A stretch of 64,000 bases of DNA from assembly GCA_963729625.1 (NCBI GenBank), contig CAVSOU010000010.1, positions 192,001 through 256,000 of the forward strand. Reading direction: 5' to 3'. The first letter of the stretch is position 1, and every line of letters begins with the position of its first letter. Source of the stretch: an uncultured bacterium. GTDB taxonomy: Bacteria; Chloroflexota; UBA5177; JANWHV01. A program made the translations under genes and the position numbers. Below are positions 1 to 10,335 of the stretch, piece after piece. A model generated the notes under the pieces. That model saw only the letters and a list, made by a program, of their open reading frames with translations. It was not told the DNA's origin and searched no databases.

Positions 1-64
1 GGTGTGACACGGCGCGTCACGTGCGCGACGCGTGCCAGAATCGTCGGCTGGCCGCCGATACTGG

Positions 65-499
65 TCATGCCTGAGCGGTCACACGGCGGATAATGTCCTT
101 AAGGCGATAGATTTCCGCCTCAAACTCGATTCGCATCTCGTCAATTTCTGCCTCGTAGGCTTCCCGGATACGCTCCTGGCGCTCCGTGAGCTCGAGCTGA
201 AGCTGCTCTATGCGCTCGGTCAGATTGAGAATCACCTCGACGCCGGCAAGGTTCACTTTGAGCTCGTCCATAAGTCGGCGGATCAGGCGGAGGCGCTCGA
301 TATCGCGCTGCGTGTAATAGCGTATGCGGCCAGTACCCCGGTGAGGGCTTACCAACCCGAGGCGTTCATAGTGACGGAGTGTCTGCTGATGGACGTTGAC
401 TGCTTCGGCAGCCACTCTGATGGTAAAGCGAAGTCCCAGTGGCCGCTCTTCCATCTCCAGATCCATCTCGGAAGTCAACGACTTCATACGACTTTCCAT
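65..499 (-). CDS. hspR: MerR-family heat-shock repressor HspR
   Basis: FTIRVAAEAVNVHQQTLRHYERLGLVSP..R.Y...D MerR HTH plus VNLAGVEVIL signature; last gene of dnaK-dnaJ; HAIR-like site upstream of the operon. Start uncertain. Confidence 0.9.
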   Translation of the reverse strand: MESRMKSLTSEMDLEMEERPLGLRFTIRVAAEAVNVHQQTLRHYERLGLVSPHRGTGRIRYYTQRDIERLRLIRRLMDELKVNLAGVEVILNLTERIEQLQLELTERQERIREAYEAEIDEMRIEFEAEIYRLKDIIRRVTAQA

Positions 500-592
500 T
501 TCTCGCTAGCGGGACCTCCTCCCGTACTGCGCGACCCCAGCTAACCCTGGAAAAGACCGAGCCGACCGGTCGCGAAATCTCTCGCCTGTCGC

Positions 593-1615
593 TCAAGAGG
601 TCGCCGCGCGTTGGTGGTTGATACCCGCCAGTTCGTTCAGCAGTTCGCGTTCTCGCGCGGTGAGAGGCATGCCGTTGGTACCCGGCAGCATAGCGTGAAC
701 TTTGACCAGCAAGTCGCCCTTGCTCCCGTCCTTGAGCCTCGGCATACCGAGGCCGGCCAGACGGAACTGCTTCCCGTTTGCGGTGCCGGCGGGAATCTTG
801 AGCATGACTTTCCCCTTGACGGTAGGAATGACCACCTCCCCACCAAGCACGAGGGTGGTGTACGGCACGTCCACCTCCTCGATCAAGTTGTCGTCATCAC
901 GTCGGAACCTGCTATGCGCTTTGAGCGACACCACCAGATAGAGATCACCGCGGGGTCCGGTGCTCGCACCCGGGTTGCCCTCTCCTGCGATGCGGATACG
1001 CGAGCCATCACGCACTCCGGCGGGAATCTTCACCTCGATGCGTCGCGAGAATGTCGTCCAGCCCGATCCCTTGCATGCCGGGCAGGGCTTGGCGTCCGCA
1101 TCAAGACCGCTGCCGCCGCACCTCGGGCAGCGATCCTGGCCAGTCAGCGTGAACATACGCTGACCTCCGGAGAACGCCTCCTCCAGAGAGACCTCGACCG
1201 GCTGTTCGATATCGTCTCCCCGACGCGGCTTCGGCGCCGTGGCAGTTGCGCGCTGCTGCCGTGCGGTCTGGCCGAAAATGCTTTGAAAGAAATCGCTGAA
1301 GCTCTCGGCGCTGGAAGTGCCGCCGGCATCGGCGGTTGCAGTCTTCTGACGACCCGCCCGTGTCGCATACGTGTGAATGTCAAAGCCAGGTCGCTTCCAC
1401 GACGTGCCTACCTGATCGTACTTTTGCCGCTTATCGGCATCGATCAGCACTTCGTGCGCTTCGTTAATCTCCTTGAATCTGGCTTCGGCAGTCCTGTCGC
1501 CGGGATTCAAATCGGGGTGATACTTGCGCGCCAGCTTGCGATATGCCTTATTGATCTCGCCGGTTGGAGCATCCTTCGATACTCCAAGTATTTTGTAGTA
1601 ATCCCTGTATTCCAT
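593..1615 (-). CDS. dnaJ: DnaJ/CbpA-type co-chaperone with a partial zinc finger
   Basis: J domain DYYKILGV...YHPD; only two CxxCxGxG motifs (CPRCGGSG, CPACKGSG); C-terminal IPAG/GDL repeats. Confidence 0.92.
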   Translation of the reverse strand: MEYRDYYKILGVSKDAPTGEINKAYRKLARKYHPDLNPGDRTAEARFKEINEAHEVLIDADKRQKYDQVGTSWKRPGFDIHTYATRAGRQKTATADAGGTSSAESFSDFFQSIFGQTARQQRATATAPKPRRGDDIEQPVEVSLEEAFSGGQRMFTLTGQDRCPRCGGSGLDADAKPCPACKGSGWTTFSRRIEVKIPAGVRDGSRIRIAGEGNPGASTGPRGDLYLVVSLKAHSRFRRDDDNLIEEVDVPYTTLVLGGEVVIPTVKGKVMLKIPAGTANGKQFRLAGLGMPRLKDGSKGDLLVKVHAMLPGTNGMPLTARERELLNELAGINHQRAATS

Positions 1616-1682
1616 AGATTCTCACCAGCACGCGCGGCTGCTTTGGCGGAGGGCGCTGCGCGCCGGGCCTGGGCTCGCGAGC

Positions 1683-3455
1683 CTACTCGCCATGCTTCAC
1701 GTCGCGCGGGAACGTAGCTCCATCCAACCTGCCAACTCCAAGCGCCTGTACGGCATTCGGGAGCAGCGGTTCCAGGTGCCGGCACGCCTGTTCAAGATCG
1801 CTGAAGTCTCCCGAGGTGAGGCAGGTCTTCACTTCCCGGGCGGCGTCGTCGATGCGCGCGCGATCGTACGGATTCTCAACCGCTCGCGCGTCGATCAGGC
1901 GCTCCGCGCGGTAGAGCAAGCTCTGGGCCTTGTTCGCGAGTTCTGCCTGCCTGCGCCGGATCTCGTCCTGCTGGGCATATTGTGCGGACTCCCTAACAAG
2001 CCTTTCGACCTCGTCGGAGCTCAGATTAGTCGATGCAGTAATGGTAATCGTTTGAGCTCTGCCAGTAGAGAGATCTCGAGCAGCGGCACTCACGATGCCA
2101 TTATGATCGATCTCGAAAGTCACCTCGATTTGCGGTATGCCCGCGGGCCCAGGATTGATGCCGTCGAGATTGAAGTGTCCCAGGGGCTGATTGTCTTGCG
2201 CCATTTCACGCTCACCCTGGAGAACATGAATATCGACACCGATCTGGTTGTCCTGGCCTGTGGTAAAGATCTCGGTGCGCTTGGTCGGTATCGTGGTGTT
2301 TCTGTGGATGAGCTTCGTAAACACGCCGCCGACGGTCTCGACGCCAAGCGAGAGCGGTGTCACATCGAGCAGCACGACGTTCTTGAGCTCTCCCGTCAAC
2401 ACGCTGGCCTGGACCGACGCGCCGAGCGCCACGACCTCGTCAGGATTCACACCCTGGTAGGGCACCTTCCCGGTCAACTGCTGTACTAGCTGCTGGATGA
2501 CCGGCATGCGCGTCGAACCGCCAACCAGGATCACCTCATCGATCTCATCTTCGGTGATCTGGGCGTCGGACAGCGCCTGCCTGAACGGTCGCATGCAGCG
2601 ATAGGTCAGCTCACCGGTGAACTCCTCGAACTTGGCGCGAGTAAGCTCCTGATCGAGATGCTTCGGTCCCGTGGCATCAGATGTGATGAACGGCAGGTTG
2701 ATCGATGTCGCGACGACCGACGACAACTCGACTTTGGCCCGCTCGGCTGCGTCGAGTAAGCGTTGAAGAGCTTCGCGCTCGCGAGTGAGATCGATGCCGT
2801 ATTCCTGGAGGAACTGCTCGGCAAGATACTCCACAATCTTGATGTCGTAGTCATCCCCTCCGAGGCGGGTGTCGCCGCAGGTCGCCTTGACCTCGAACAC
2901 GCCGTCGCCGACGTCAAGGATCGACACGTCGAACGTGCCTCCTCCGAGGTCCCACACGAGCACGGTCTCCATCCGCTTCTTGTCGAAGCCATACGAGAGC
3001 GCCGCCGCTGTGGGCTCGTTGATGATTCTGATCACATCAAGGCCCGAGATCCGGCCGGCGTCCTTGGTCGCCTGACGCTGGCCGTCGTTGAAGTAGGCGG
3101 GCACCGTGATCACCGCGCCGGTGACCTCGCCGCCAAGGAATACCTCAGCGTCGCGCTTGAGCTTCTGGAGAATGATTGCCGATATCTCCTGCGGGGTATA
3201 CGGATGGCCATCGATTGTCACACGCTGATCCGTGCCCATCAAGCGCTTTATTGACATAATGGTTCGCTCAGGGTTTACGACAGCCTGTCGCTTGGCGAGC
3301 TGCCCGACGAGCCGTTCGCCCTTTCGCGTAAATGCGACGACTGAAGGCGTCAACCTGCTGCCTTCGGCATTCGGGATGACCAGCCGTTCGCCGCCCTCGA
3401 TCGTGGCGATGACCGAGTTCGTGGTCCCCAAATCGATACCGACCACTCTGCCCAT
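1683..3455 (-). CDS. dnaK: Hsp70 chaperone DnaK
   Basis: [42 protein letters not shown] motifs. Confidence 0.97.
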   Translation of the reverse strand: MGRVVGIDLGTTNSVIATIEGGERLVIPNAEGSRLTPSVVAFTRKGERLVGQLAKRQAVVNPERTIMSIKRLMGTDQRVTIDGHPYTPQEISAIILQKLKRDAEVFLGGEVTGAVITVPAYFNDGQRQATKDAGRISGLDVIRIINEPTAAALSYGFDKKRMETVLVWDLGGGTFDVSILDVGDGVFEVKATCGDTRLGGDDYDIKIVEYLAEQFLQEYGIDLTREREALQRLLDAAERAKVELSSVVATSINLPFITSDATGPKHLDQELTRAKFEEFTGELTYRCMRPFRQALSDAQITEDEIDEVILVGGSTRMPVIQQLVQQLTGKVPYQGVNPDEVVALGASVQASVLTGELKNVVLLDVTPLSLGVETVGGVFTKLIHRNTTIPTKRTEIFTTGQDNQIGVDIHVLQGEREMAQDNQPLGHFNLDGINPGPAGIPQIEVTFEIDHNGIVSAAARDLSTGRAQTITITASTNLSSDEVERLVRESAQYAQQDEIRRRQAELANKAQSLLYRAERLIDARAVENPYDRARIDDAAREVKTCLTSGDFSDLEQACRHLEPLLPNAVQALGVGRLDGATFPRDVKHGE

Positions 3456-3488
3456 ACGTCAGTTCCTTTGGCTCCATGCTGCAGTAGT

Positions 3489-3517
3489 AGTATAAAACTT
3501 GAGCCACTCGTTGTCAA
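3489..3517 (-). promoter_or_regulatory. sigma70-type promoter of the dnaK operon
   Basis: On the minus strand TTGACA-17 nt-TATACT, about 35 nt upstream of the dnaK ATG. Confidence 0.85.
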
Positions 3518-3518
3518 G
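3498..3518. promoter_or_regulatory. HAIR operator (HspR-binding inverted repeat)
   Basis: CTTGAGC-CACTCGT-TGTCAAG versus consensus CTTGAGT-N7-ACTCAAG; overlaps the -35 and spacer; hspR is in the operon. Confidence 0.8.
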
Positions 3519-3715
3519 GATGGGCCGCCCCATCAGGTGAAGATCACAGGATTGCCACGGGTACACTCGGTCCAGTTGCGCCTCGATGGCTCAGACCAGG
3601 AGCGGCGCCCGCACTATCGACTTCTCCGTGGTCCCAGTCCGTACACTCAATAGTCGTCTCCTCACCCCCGCGCTCGCACAGCGGATCAGAACAGGCCTGA
3701 ACCTTCCGCGCCACG

Positions 3716-6037
3716 TCAGTGCCCAGCAGCGCACGCGGGATCGCAGGGAACCCTATATATGGTTACGGCAGAAAGTTGCAAAACTGGAGTCAGAAACGAT
3801 CTGAAGTTCGTAAGCGTCGTACCAGGGGTTCCCGCCCCGAACTCCGATCGCTCGTACGGACCGACCACAACGTAGGCGATGTTGTACTTCTTGATGATCC
3901 GAGCCGCGACCTGCTTGTCGGAGGCCGTGAACAGCGTCCGATCGTCTTGTTCGGCCTGGCTGATCAGAGCTTGCGCCGCCTGCTGACCGGATCCCGTGCC
4001 AATGTCGCCACGCCACAGGGCCTCGTGACTCGCCGGCCAAGCGATGATCGTAGGCCTGCCGGTCAGTGCCGAGAATACGTTGGCATCCGCGCTGAGTCCG
4101 GGATCGCCCCAGTACTCGCCGCCGTATGCTTCCGCCACCACATCGAACTGATTCGTGTGTTGCTGAATCCACATGAGTGCTTTGTATTCGTCCGGCGCCA
4201 TTTCTCGTGCGTAGGCCAGGCCGTCGAGTCCCCGCGCGCTCGATGCATACGACGCCTCCTGGCTGCCAACTCCTTCTATTGGATAAAAAGCTGTGCCCGC
4301 GGCGAGCAGCACCGCCAGCCCGTACCACACGAAACGCGCGCGGCGTGAGAAGGACGCTCCAAGCGCGGCGCCGATCGATTGTATGCACACGGGAGCGGCG
4401 ATGGCGAGCAGGATCCATGCTTGGTAGTAGAGCTTGAAGACTGTATTCATGCGGTAGCCCGGCGAGTTGTCGAAGTCGTCTCTCAGATACACGAAGTCAC
4501 TGGCCAGCAAGACGGCAACGGCAAGCAGCGCCAGCAGGAGCGCGGCCTGTACTTCCGGTGTTTCCTCCTCCCGAAGCACAACAAGTGCATAGACGATTGC
4601 CACCAACAGGCACACGTAGAGAAGGTCGATTCGGGCGGGCCAAACAAGTGTGAGCAGCACGAGGACGAACGCGATCCACCAGCCACTCCCCTCGGGCATG
4701 ACTCGCAGCAGCTGACGAACGAGCGGCTCCGGCTGCCCGTCGCGGCTGACGTTCGCGGAGAGCGCGGCAATTCCGCGCCATGCGGCGAAGGCGGCTGCTG
4801 GGGCCAGAACACCGCCGATGACGGTAAGCGCGTCACCCATAGCCGTGGGATTCACATGCACGCCGATGCTCTTGGCGTTGTGTACGGTGATCAGGAACGG
4901 CAGATAAAGGATGAGGCTCAACGGGACAATGGCCACTGCTTCGGCAAGCGCTCGAGAGGTCGCCTGACCACTGCGGTACGCCGCAAGCATGACGCAGAGA
5001 ACTGCGAAGATCGTGTACGTCGGATAATCCCATGAATTGACGCCGAACAGCATACCGGCCGCCACCGCCGCCGACGCGATCCAGAGGTAGCGCATTTCGC
5101 GCTGGGCTATCGCCGTCGGTGGGTCGAGCAGCGCCTGGACACCGAATCCGATGGCGAGCAACACAAATGGAATGGCCATGACATGCGGGTGCAGGTCATT
5201 CCACAACAGGCTGAAGATGGGAAACTCCGTGATAGTGTGGTACGGCGCGCAGCCGCCGTCGATGATGCGTGTGCTGCACCACAGGTTCAGTCCCTCCCCG
5301 TTGAGTCCACCGGTGAAGACCTGGGAGACGACTTGCGGTATCGTGTCGAGATCGCCTGCAAGCATCACCGCAAACGCGCCGGCGAGTCCCCACAGACGGC
5401 TCTTCGTCGTCGCGAGCGCGAGCGAATACGCGGCGCCGCAGCCAAGCGCGAAAATCGTGACATTGGAAAGGTTGTAGCCGAAGCGCGGATCCACGCCGGC
5501 CATCCGTCCGATCATGCCGAAGGCGGCATAGCCTAGGTAGTAGTAGTTCACCGTGTGGCCGGCCAGCCATGCGTCGGGCGGCGGGAAGCTATGCGTCGCT
5601 CCACTGACCTGGAGCAGCATAAAATCCATTGGTTTCTCGGTGTCGAAGATGTCCGGATGAAGCCCTCGCACGATTGTCCAGCCCGCGAAGGCAACCAAGA
5701 ACACTGCCTCTTCAATGGCTACGACGCGGCTCAGGGCGCGAAAGTCAGCCGGTCGGGTCGCCGAGCCCAGCCGATACAGGCTGACACCGCCGGCGGCAAG
5801 CATGAGGGTCAGGGCCCAGAGGAGCGGCGGGTAATTCGCCAGGCCGGCAATGCTGCCGAGCCACCAATTAAGGAACACTACAAACAACATGCCCAGCGGC
5901 TTGGAGAGCCCGTAGCCCCGATCTGGCAGGGAGCGAAACAGCAACGCGCTCAGGGGCAGCGCCGCAAGGCCGAGCAACTCGACGCTCAGCAGCCACTGCA
6001 GCCAGTCCGCGGTGAACACGTGGGCGATATTGTCCAC
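3716..6037 (-). CDS. DUF2298 / Chlor_Arch_YYY polytopic membrane protein (GT-C-like)
   Basis: EKPMDF, PPPDAWLAGHTVNYYYLG, ITEFP.FS...DLHPH, NSWDYP, RMNTVFKLYYQAW motifs; many TM segments. Start set at a GTG with AAGGA upstream; uncertain. Confidence 0.85.
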   Translation of the reverse strand: MDNIAHVFTADWLQWLLSVELLGLAALPLSALLFRSLPDRGYGLSKPLGMLFVVFLNWWLGSIAGLANYPPLLWALTLMLAAGGVSLYRLGSATRPADFRALSRVVAIEEAVFLVAFAGWTIVRGLHPDIFDTEKPMDFMLLQVSGATHSFPPPDAWLAGHTVNYYYLGYAAFGMIGRMAGVDPRFGYNLSNVTIFALGCGAAYSLALATTKSRLWGLAGAFAVMLAGDLDTIPQVVSQVFTGGLNGEGLNLWCSTRIIDGGCAPYHTITEFPIFSLLWNDLHPHVMAIPFVLLAIGFGVQALLDPPTAIAQREMRYLWIASAAVAAGMLFGVNSWDYPTYTIFAVLCVMLAAYRSGQATSRALAEAVAIVPLSLILYLPFLITVHNAKSIGVHVNPTAMGDALTVIGGVLAPAAAFAAWRGIAALSANVSRDGQPEPLVRQLLRVMPEGSGWWIAFVLVLLTLVWPARIDLLYVCLLVAIVYALVVLREEETPEVQAALLLALLAVAVLLASDFVYLRDDFDNSPGYRMNTVFKLYYQAWILLAIAAPVCIQSIGAALGASFSRRARFVWYGLAVLLAAGTAFYPIEGVGSQEASYASSARGLDGLAYAREMAPDEYKALMWIQQHTNQFDVVAEAYGGEYWGDPGLSADANVFSALTGRPTIIAWPASHEALWRGDIGTGSGQQAAQALISQAEQDDRTLFTASDKQVAARIIKKYNIAYVVVGPYERSEFGAGTPGTTLTNFRSFLTPVLQLSAVTIYRVPCDPACAAGH

Positions 6038-6071
6038 GATGCGTCGTATCCTTTGCTCGGCGAGATTTACA

Positions 6072-7232
6072 TCACCAGTGTACGTGCCGCGAGTGCGCTT
6101 CGACAGCCTCGAGTATCGCCTGGTCCGTATCGCGCGAGTAAATGGACCGCGCCCGAATGACTTCTGACGTCCCATCGTGGGGATCGGACACACTAAGCAT
6201 ACTTCCGGCGGCACCGCAAACGGTAGCCAGCGCGCAGAACGGCGTGTAGGACAGACTGTAGCCGCCCTCCTGGACCAGCACGAGGCGCCCGCCGCACACG
6301 TCTTCGGCGATTTCACGCGCCCGCCGACCGAGCGCATTGAATCCATCCATCGTTACAAGCATGCGGCCAAGCGGATCAAACATCGACGCATCCTGACCAG
6401 CGCTCACCAGTAGAAGGTCAGGACTGAATCGGCGAGCCGCCGGGGCTACGATGCGATCGAGGACCGCAAGGTAGTCGAGGTCGCCGGTACCTGGCGGCAG
6501 CGGCACATTGATCGTGGCGCCCGCCCCGTCGCCGGCGCCGCTCTGATCGAGTGAACCCATGTCTGCCGGATACCAGTTGTCCTGGTGCAGGGAGACGAAG
6601 AGCACCGACGGATCCGCATAGAACGCACATTGCGTACCGTTTCCGTGATGAACGTCCCAATCGACAATCATCACCCGTGACGCCCCCTGGCGCTGTGCAT
6701 GACGGGCGGCGATCGCGATGTTGTTGAAAAGGCAGTAGCCCATCCCCGCGTCGGCCAGAGCATGATGTCCGGGTGGTCGACCCAACGCGTACGCCGCGCG
6801 AGCTGTGCCGCGAAGCACGGTGTCGACGGCGGAGATCGCGGCACCGCTCGACAGCAACGCCGGGAGAAACGAACCGGCCCCGACAGGCGCGGCTTCACCC
6901 GCGCTGCCTCCCCCAGCCTCGCTCATGCGTCTGAGGCTGGCCACATACTCACGCGAATGGCACATGGCGACGTCGTCTTCCGTGGCCGCCTGCACGGGGA
7001 TCTGCACGGATTCGGCCGCGAATCCTGATGCAACGAGAAGCGTGTGAGTCCGCTCGATAATGCGTGAGCTGGAGCTATGCTCAATGCCGTCAAACGGAGT
7101 GCCGTCCGCGAGTGTCTGCTGCACAATTCCGGGATCGTGCCGCAATACGCGGTCATCGTAGGCCAGTCCGAACGAATGCTTTCCGATCACGTGGACCCTT
7201 CGGTAGGGCATAATCCGTGAGATGCTGTTCAC
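6072..7232 (-). CDS. Zn-dependent histone deacetylase family protein (class II-like)
   Basis: RPPGHHA, GYCLFNN, DWDVHHGNGTQ, SAGQDA, EGGY catalytic motifs intact. Confidence 0.93.
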   Translation of the reverse strand: MNSISRIMPYRRVHVIGKHSFGLAYDDRVLRHDPGIVQQTLADGTPFDGIEHSSSSRIIERTHTLLVASGFAAESVQIPVQAATEDDVAMCHSREYVASLRRMSEAGGGSAGEAAPVGAGSFLPALLSSGAAISAVDTVLRGTARAAYALGRPPGHHALADAGMGYCLFNNIAIAARHAQRQGASRVMIVDWDVHHGNGTQCAFYADPSVLFVSLHQDNWYPADMGSLDQSGAGDGAGATINVPLPPGTGDLDYLAVLDRIVAPAARRFSPDLLLVSAGQDASMFDPLGRMLVTMDGFNALGRRAREIAEDVCGGRLVLVQEGGYSLSYTPFCALATVCGAAGSMLSVSDPHDGTSEVIRARSIYSRDTDQAILEAVEAHSRHVHW

Positions 7233-7349
7233 GCCATCCCTCGCGTGTCAGAGCCAGAATATCAGGTGCCCGCGGCTCGATGCCAACGCAGGGCTTGGGC
7301 AGGCACGCTTGTAGCATGAGCCATGTAGAGATATCCGCCAGCGCTCCGC

Positions 7350-7378
7350 TTGACGCGCCGCCGCGCCTTCTCTAGACT
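7350..7378 (+). promoter_or_regulatory. sigma70-type promoter of tRNA-Pro
   Basis: TTGACG-17 nt-TAGACT just upstream of the tRNA. Confidence 0.65.
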
Positions 7379-7394
7379 ACCTCCTGTAGGGTAG

Positions 7395-7467
7395 CGGGGT
7401 GTAGCGCAGTCGGTAGCGCGCGGCGTTTGGGACGCTGAGGTCGGAGGTTCAAGTCCTCTCACCCCGA
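7395..7467 (+). tRNA. tRNA-Pro (TGG)
   Basis: CGGGGTG acceptor stem pairs with CACCCCG; anticodon arm CGGCG-TT TGG GA-CGCTG; T-arm GGTTCAAGTCC; followed by CCT, so CCA is not fully encoded. Confidence 0.96.
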
Positions 7468-7611
7468 CCTGATTCTTGCCAACCGCCGATCGCGCGTGTA
7501 TGCTGCCCGATCGAGATAACGTGATCGCGTGTCGCGGTGCGGACGCGTCGCAATTCAGTCGTGGTTGCGCAATGTCCGGCGCCTGGTGCCTGCGATTGAG
7601 GACGCTGCCGC

Positions 7612-8664
7612 ATGCTGCACGTGATCTATGGAGCCGACGAGTACGGATCTGCTGAAGCCGTTGTGGCTCTCCAGGCGAGGTTTGAGGCGGATGTTGACGC
7701 GGCCCATGCACGCACGCGCTTCGACGGCGCGGTTGTCTCCTGGCCCGTCTTGCGGGACACGTGCTCATCCCGCTCGCTATTCGCCGATCGCCAGGTCATC
7801 GTTGTGCGCGGCCTGCTCGCGGCATGGGCTGGGAAGGCCGAATCCGCTGCCGCGAAGCAGACGACATCGCGTCCCGCGGCCGCGGAACTGGCGCGATTCG
7901 TAACACAGATGCCTCCCACGACTGACTTGATCCTGCACGAAGGCGATCTGCCCGCGACCAATCGCTATCTGAAAGAGCTCGCCGCGCTTCCACAGGGATC
8001 TGCCCGCATCCAGGCTTGCACGATGCCGAAGGACGCAGCTGACCTCGAGGCCTGGGCGGCGAGGCGGATAAGCGAGTTCGTGGAGCGACGAGGTGGGAGC
8101 ATCGACAGCCGTGCGGCGCGGCTTATTGCCCAGCGATGCGCATGCGATCTCATGGTGGCATCGAATGAGATTGACAAGCTACTCTGCTTCACCGCACCGC
8201 TGTACAGCATCTTCGCACAGGACGTCGAGAAGCTGGTTGCTGAGGCCGCCGAGGCGCGCGCGTACGATCTCGTCGACGCCGTCGCAGCCAAACAGGCAGC
8301 CCGGACTGTCGACCTCGCGGAGAAGCTTCTCGTCTCGGGCCAGGCGCCGGAGCAGGTTCTCGCGCTGATAGGGTCGCGGGTGCACGACCTCGCCATGTTG
8401 GCTGCCTCGCGCCGTGAGAAAGTGGGCGCCGACGTGCTCCTCGAGCGGAGTGGCTGGCAGCCCTGGCGTCTCCGGCAGCTGGAGCGCTCGCTTGGGTCCT
8501 ACACCTACGAAGATTTGGCGTCCGCGCAAGCTATCCTGGCGTCGGCGGACCTGGCGCTGAAGACACGCCCCTCGAACGAGCGGCCGGTCGTCGCACTTCT
8601 CACCGTACTGGCGCTCGCGCGGCGCTCGGACCCTGAGGCACTGGCCGCGGCTTTTGCGTACTGA
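7612..8664 (+). CDS. holA: DNA polymerase III delta subunit
   Basis: HVIYGADEY start, SLFADRQVIVV, NEIDKL, YDLVDAV, ADLALKT. Confidence 0.88.
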   Translation: MLHVIYGADEYGSAEAVVALQARFEADVDAAHARTRFDGAVVSWPVLRDTCSSRSLFADRQVIVVRGLLAAWAGKAESAAAKQTTSRPAAAELARFVTQMPPTTDLILHEGDLPATNRYLKELAALPQGSARIQACTMPKDAADLEAWAARRISEFVERRGGSIDSRAARLIAQRCACDLMVASNEIDKLLCFTAPLYSIFAQDVEKLVAEAAEARAYDLVDAVAAKQAARTVDLAEKLLVSGQAPEQVLALIGSRVHDLAMLAASRREKVGADVLLERSGWQPWRLRQLERSLGSYTYEDLASAQAILASADLALKTRPSNERPVVALLTVLALARRSDPEALAAAFAY

Positions 8665-8684
8665 ACATCTGTCTGCGCTTCGTT

Positions 8685-9656
8685 CTAGCGCGTCTCAAGT
8701 GAAATCGACGCTCCACACTGGCTGCAACTGGTGCTCAGGGCGCCATGCTCGCTGACCACCTGGGACTTCAGAATCTTCTTGTGTTTGGTGCCGCACTGAC
8801 TACATCGCAGAACCAGCGGTACGGCCCTGTTGCACGTGCGGCAGCGCAAGAAGAAGTTGTAGTAGTAGTCGACTCTGAGATTCGTGCTGCGGCACCTCGG
8901 GCAGAAAGTCGGCCTGACTTCCGCGGCAATCTTCACTACTCCTCCCGGAGCCCCGCTTGAGGCCGGCGCCGGCCCTACCGGCGCGGCTGCAGTTGGACCT
9001 TCGTGCCGGGCGTGGTGTGCAAGCAGGAATGCGCGCAGGCGCTCCCGATCACTTGCCGTCAACGTATCGCCCATGTGTATATCCGGCGCGCCGCCGGCGA
9101 GGCGGACAAGCGCGGTGGGCAACTGGTGATCGGCCCTGCGATCTCCGATGGTAACTCGAATCTCTTCCGGGATTTGGTCTGCCTTGAAAACGGACTCCAG
9201 CTCCGCCTCGTCCTCACTACCACGCCGGTCGATGACACCATCGTCAGCAATGGCAACACGAACGTTGATTGCCAGTTGCTTGCCACCAAGCACGCCGGGT
9301 TCGCGTTGCAGGTAGGACCGCAAGAAAACGCGTTGCCGCTCAGCCTGAAGCACCGGCGAGGCCATGCCCCGCACATGGCCATTGTCGCTGCGCGTCCATT
9401 CGCCCAGCGCATTCACGCGCACCTGAGCGGTCACGCTCGTGCTCTCGATGATTATCAGGCCATAGGGGTGGACGATGAGGTGGTCGATTTGCGCCGCGTC
9501 GTCTACCGTGACCAGGCGGACGCCATTGAAGACGAGGATGTCAGGATCAGCCGCAAACGCACGCCGGAGGTAGTGCGACATCTTCTCCTCGGCTTGGCGC
9601 CCGGCCACCTCGAAGCGGTCGCCGCCGGGAAACGGGTCCAGCTCCTTGACAATCAC
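8685..9656 (-). CDS. NERD (nuclease-related) domain protein with C-terminal zinc ribbons
   Basis: AGRQAEE, QIDHLIVHPYGLIIIES, SPVLQAERQ; four CxxC pairs at the C-terminus; GTG start with a GGAG RBS. Confidence 0.85.
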   Translation of the reverse strand: MIVKELDPFPGGDRFEVAGRQAEEKMSHYLRRAFAADPDILVFNGVRLVTVDDAAQIDHLIVHPYGLIIIESTSVTAQVRVNALGEWTRSDNGHVRGMASPVLQAERQRVFLRSYLQREPGVLGGKQLAINVRVAIADDGVIDRRGSEDEAELESVFKADQIPEEIRVTIGDRRADHQLPTALVRLAGGAPDIHMGDTLTASDRERLRAFLLAHHARHEGPTAAAPVGPAPASSGAPGGVVKIAAEVRPTFCPRCRSTNLRVDYYYNFFLRCRTCNRAVPLVLRCSQCGTKHKKILKSQVVSEHGALSTSCSQCGASISLETR

Positions 9657-10090
9657 CGCGTGACTCCGGTCATGGCAATGAGAAGCAGGCTGCTGACAGT
9701 ATAGCAAGCTCGATTGGCGGACCTACTCCGCCAGTGCCACGGACAATGCTGGCAAGCAAATCGGGAACAGTCAGCCGACATCCGAGGCCAATGTGCCACC
9801 TCTGCACGGACGAAGACGGTGAGCTCTTGCCATTGGGCCGTTTCTGCTGGTTCTCATCATTGGCACTTGTTGCGCATACCCTGAAACGGATTCCGCAGAA
9901 TACGTATGGCTGCGACCGCGGCCGTGTGCTATCCTTTCCATGCTGGCTGATTTATGATGGCCTGTTCTGGGTGCGCATGGCCGCCGCCAGACCAGGACAC
10001 AATGGTCCAGCGCACGTGCGTTTGTGGGCAAAATGGAGCGGACATATACGAACTGAGCAACAGGTCGAGTGATTCAGGAGAGCCAACCTC

Positions 10091-10166
10091 GCGGGAGTAA
10101 CTCAGTTGGCAGAGTGCCTGCCTTCCAAGCAGGATGTCGCCGGTTCGAACCCGGTCTCCCGCTCCA
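10091..10166 (+). tRNA. tRNA-Gly (TCC)
   Basis: GCGGGAG...CTCCCGC-T-CCA; anticodon arm CCTGC-CT TCC AA-GCAGG; GGTTCGAACCC. Confidence 0.97.
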
Positions 10167-10176
10167 GAGAAGAATC

Positions 10177-10335
10177 CTATCTTGTTTCTCCCGGCTTGAA
10201 CTTGTGACCGCATTTGAGGCAAGTGATGACGATCTTGCCGGCTCCGATGAAGCCTGTAAGAATACTCCAGCCTCGCCTTCCCGCTTGTACCTGTGTCGAT
10301 CCGCACTTCGGGCAGGCAACCTTGTCTTCGCTCAT
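10177..10335 (-). CDS. 52-aa zinc-ribbon microprotein (absent from the ORF track)
   Basis: Hand translation [52 protein letters not shown]; two CxxC pairs; GAGGTGG RBS upstream. Confidence 0.8.
   Translation of the reverse strand: MSEDKVACPKCGSTQVQAGRRGWSILTGFIGAGKIVITCLKCGHKFKPGETR

Noticed and set aside
611-3254. Long antisense ORFs over dnaJ/dnaK (also 31943-33469, 33375-34487, 45168-47150)
   Set aside because: Shadow ORFs expected from high GC3 on the opposite strand; no motifs of their own.
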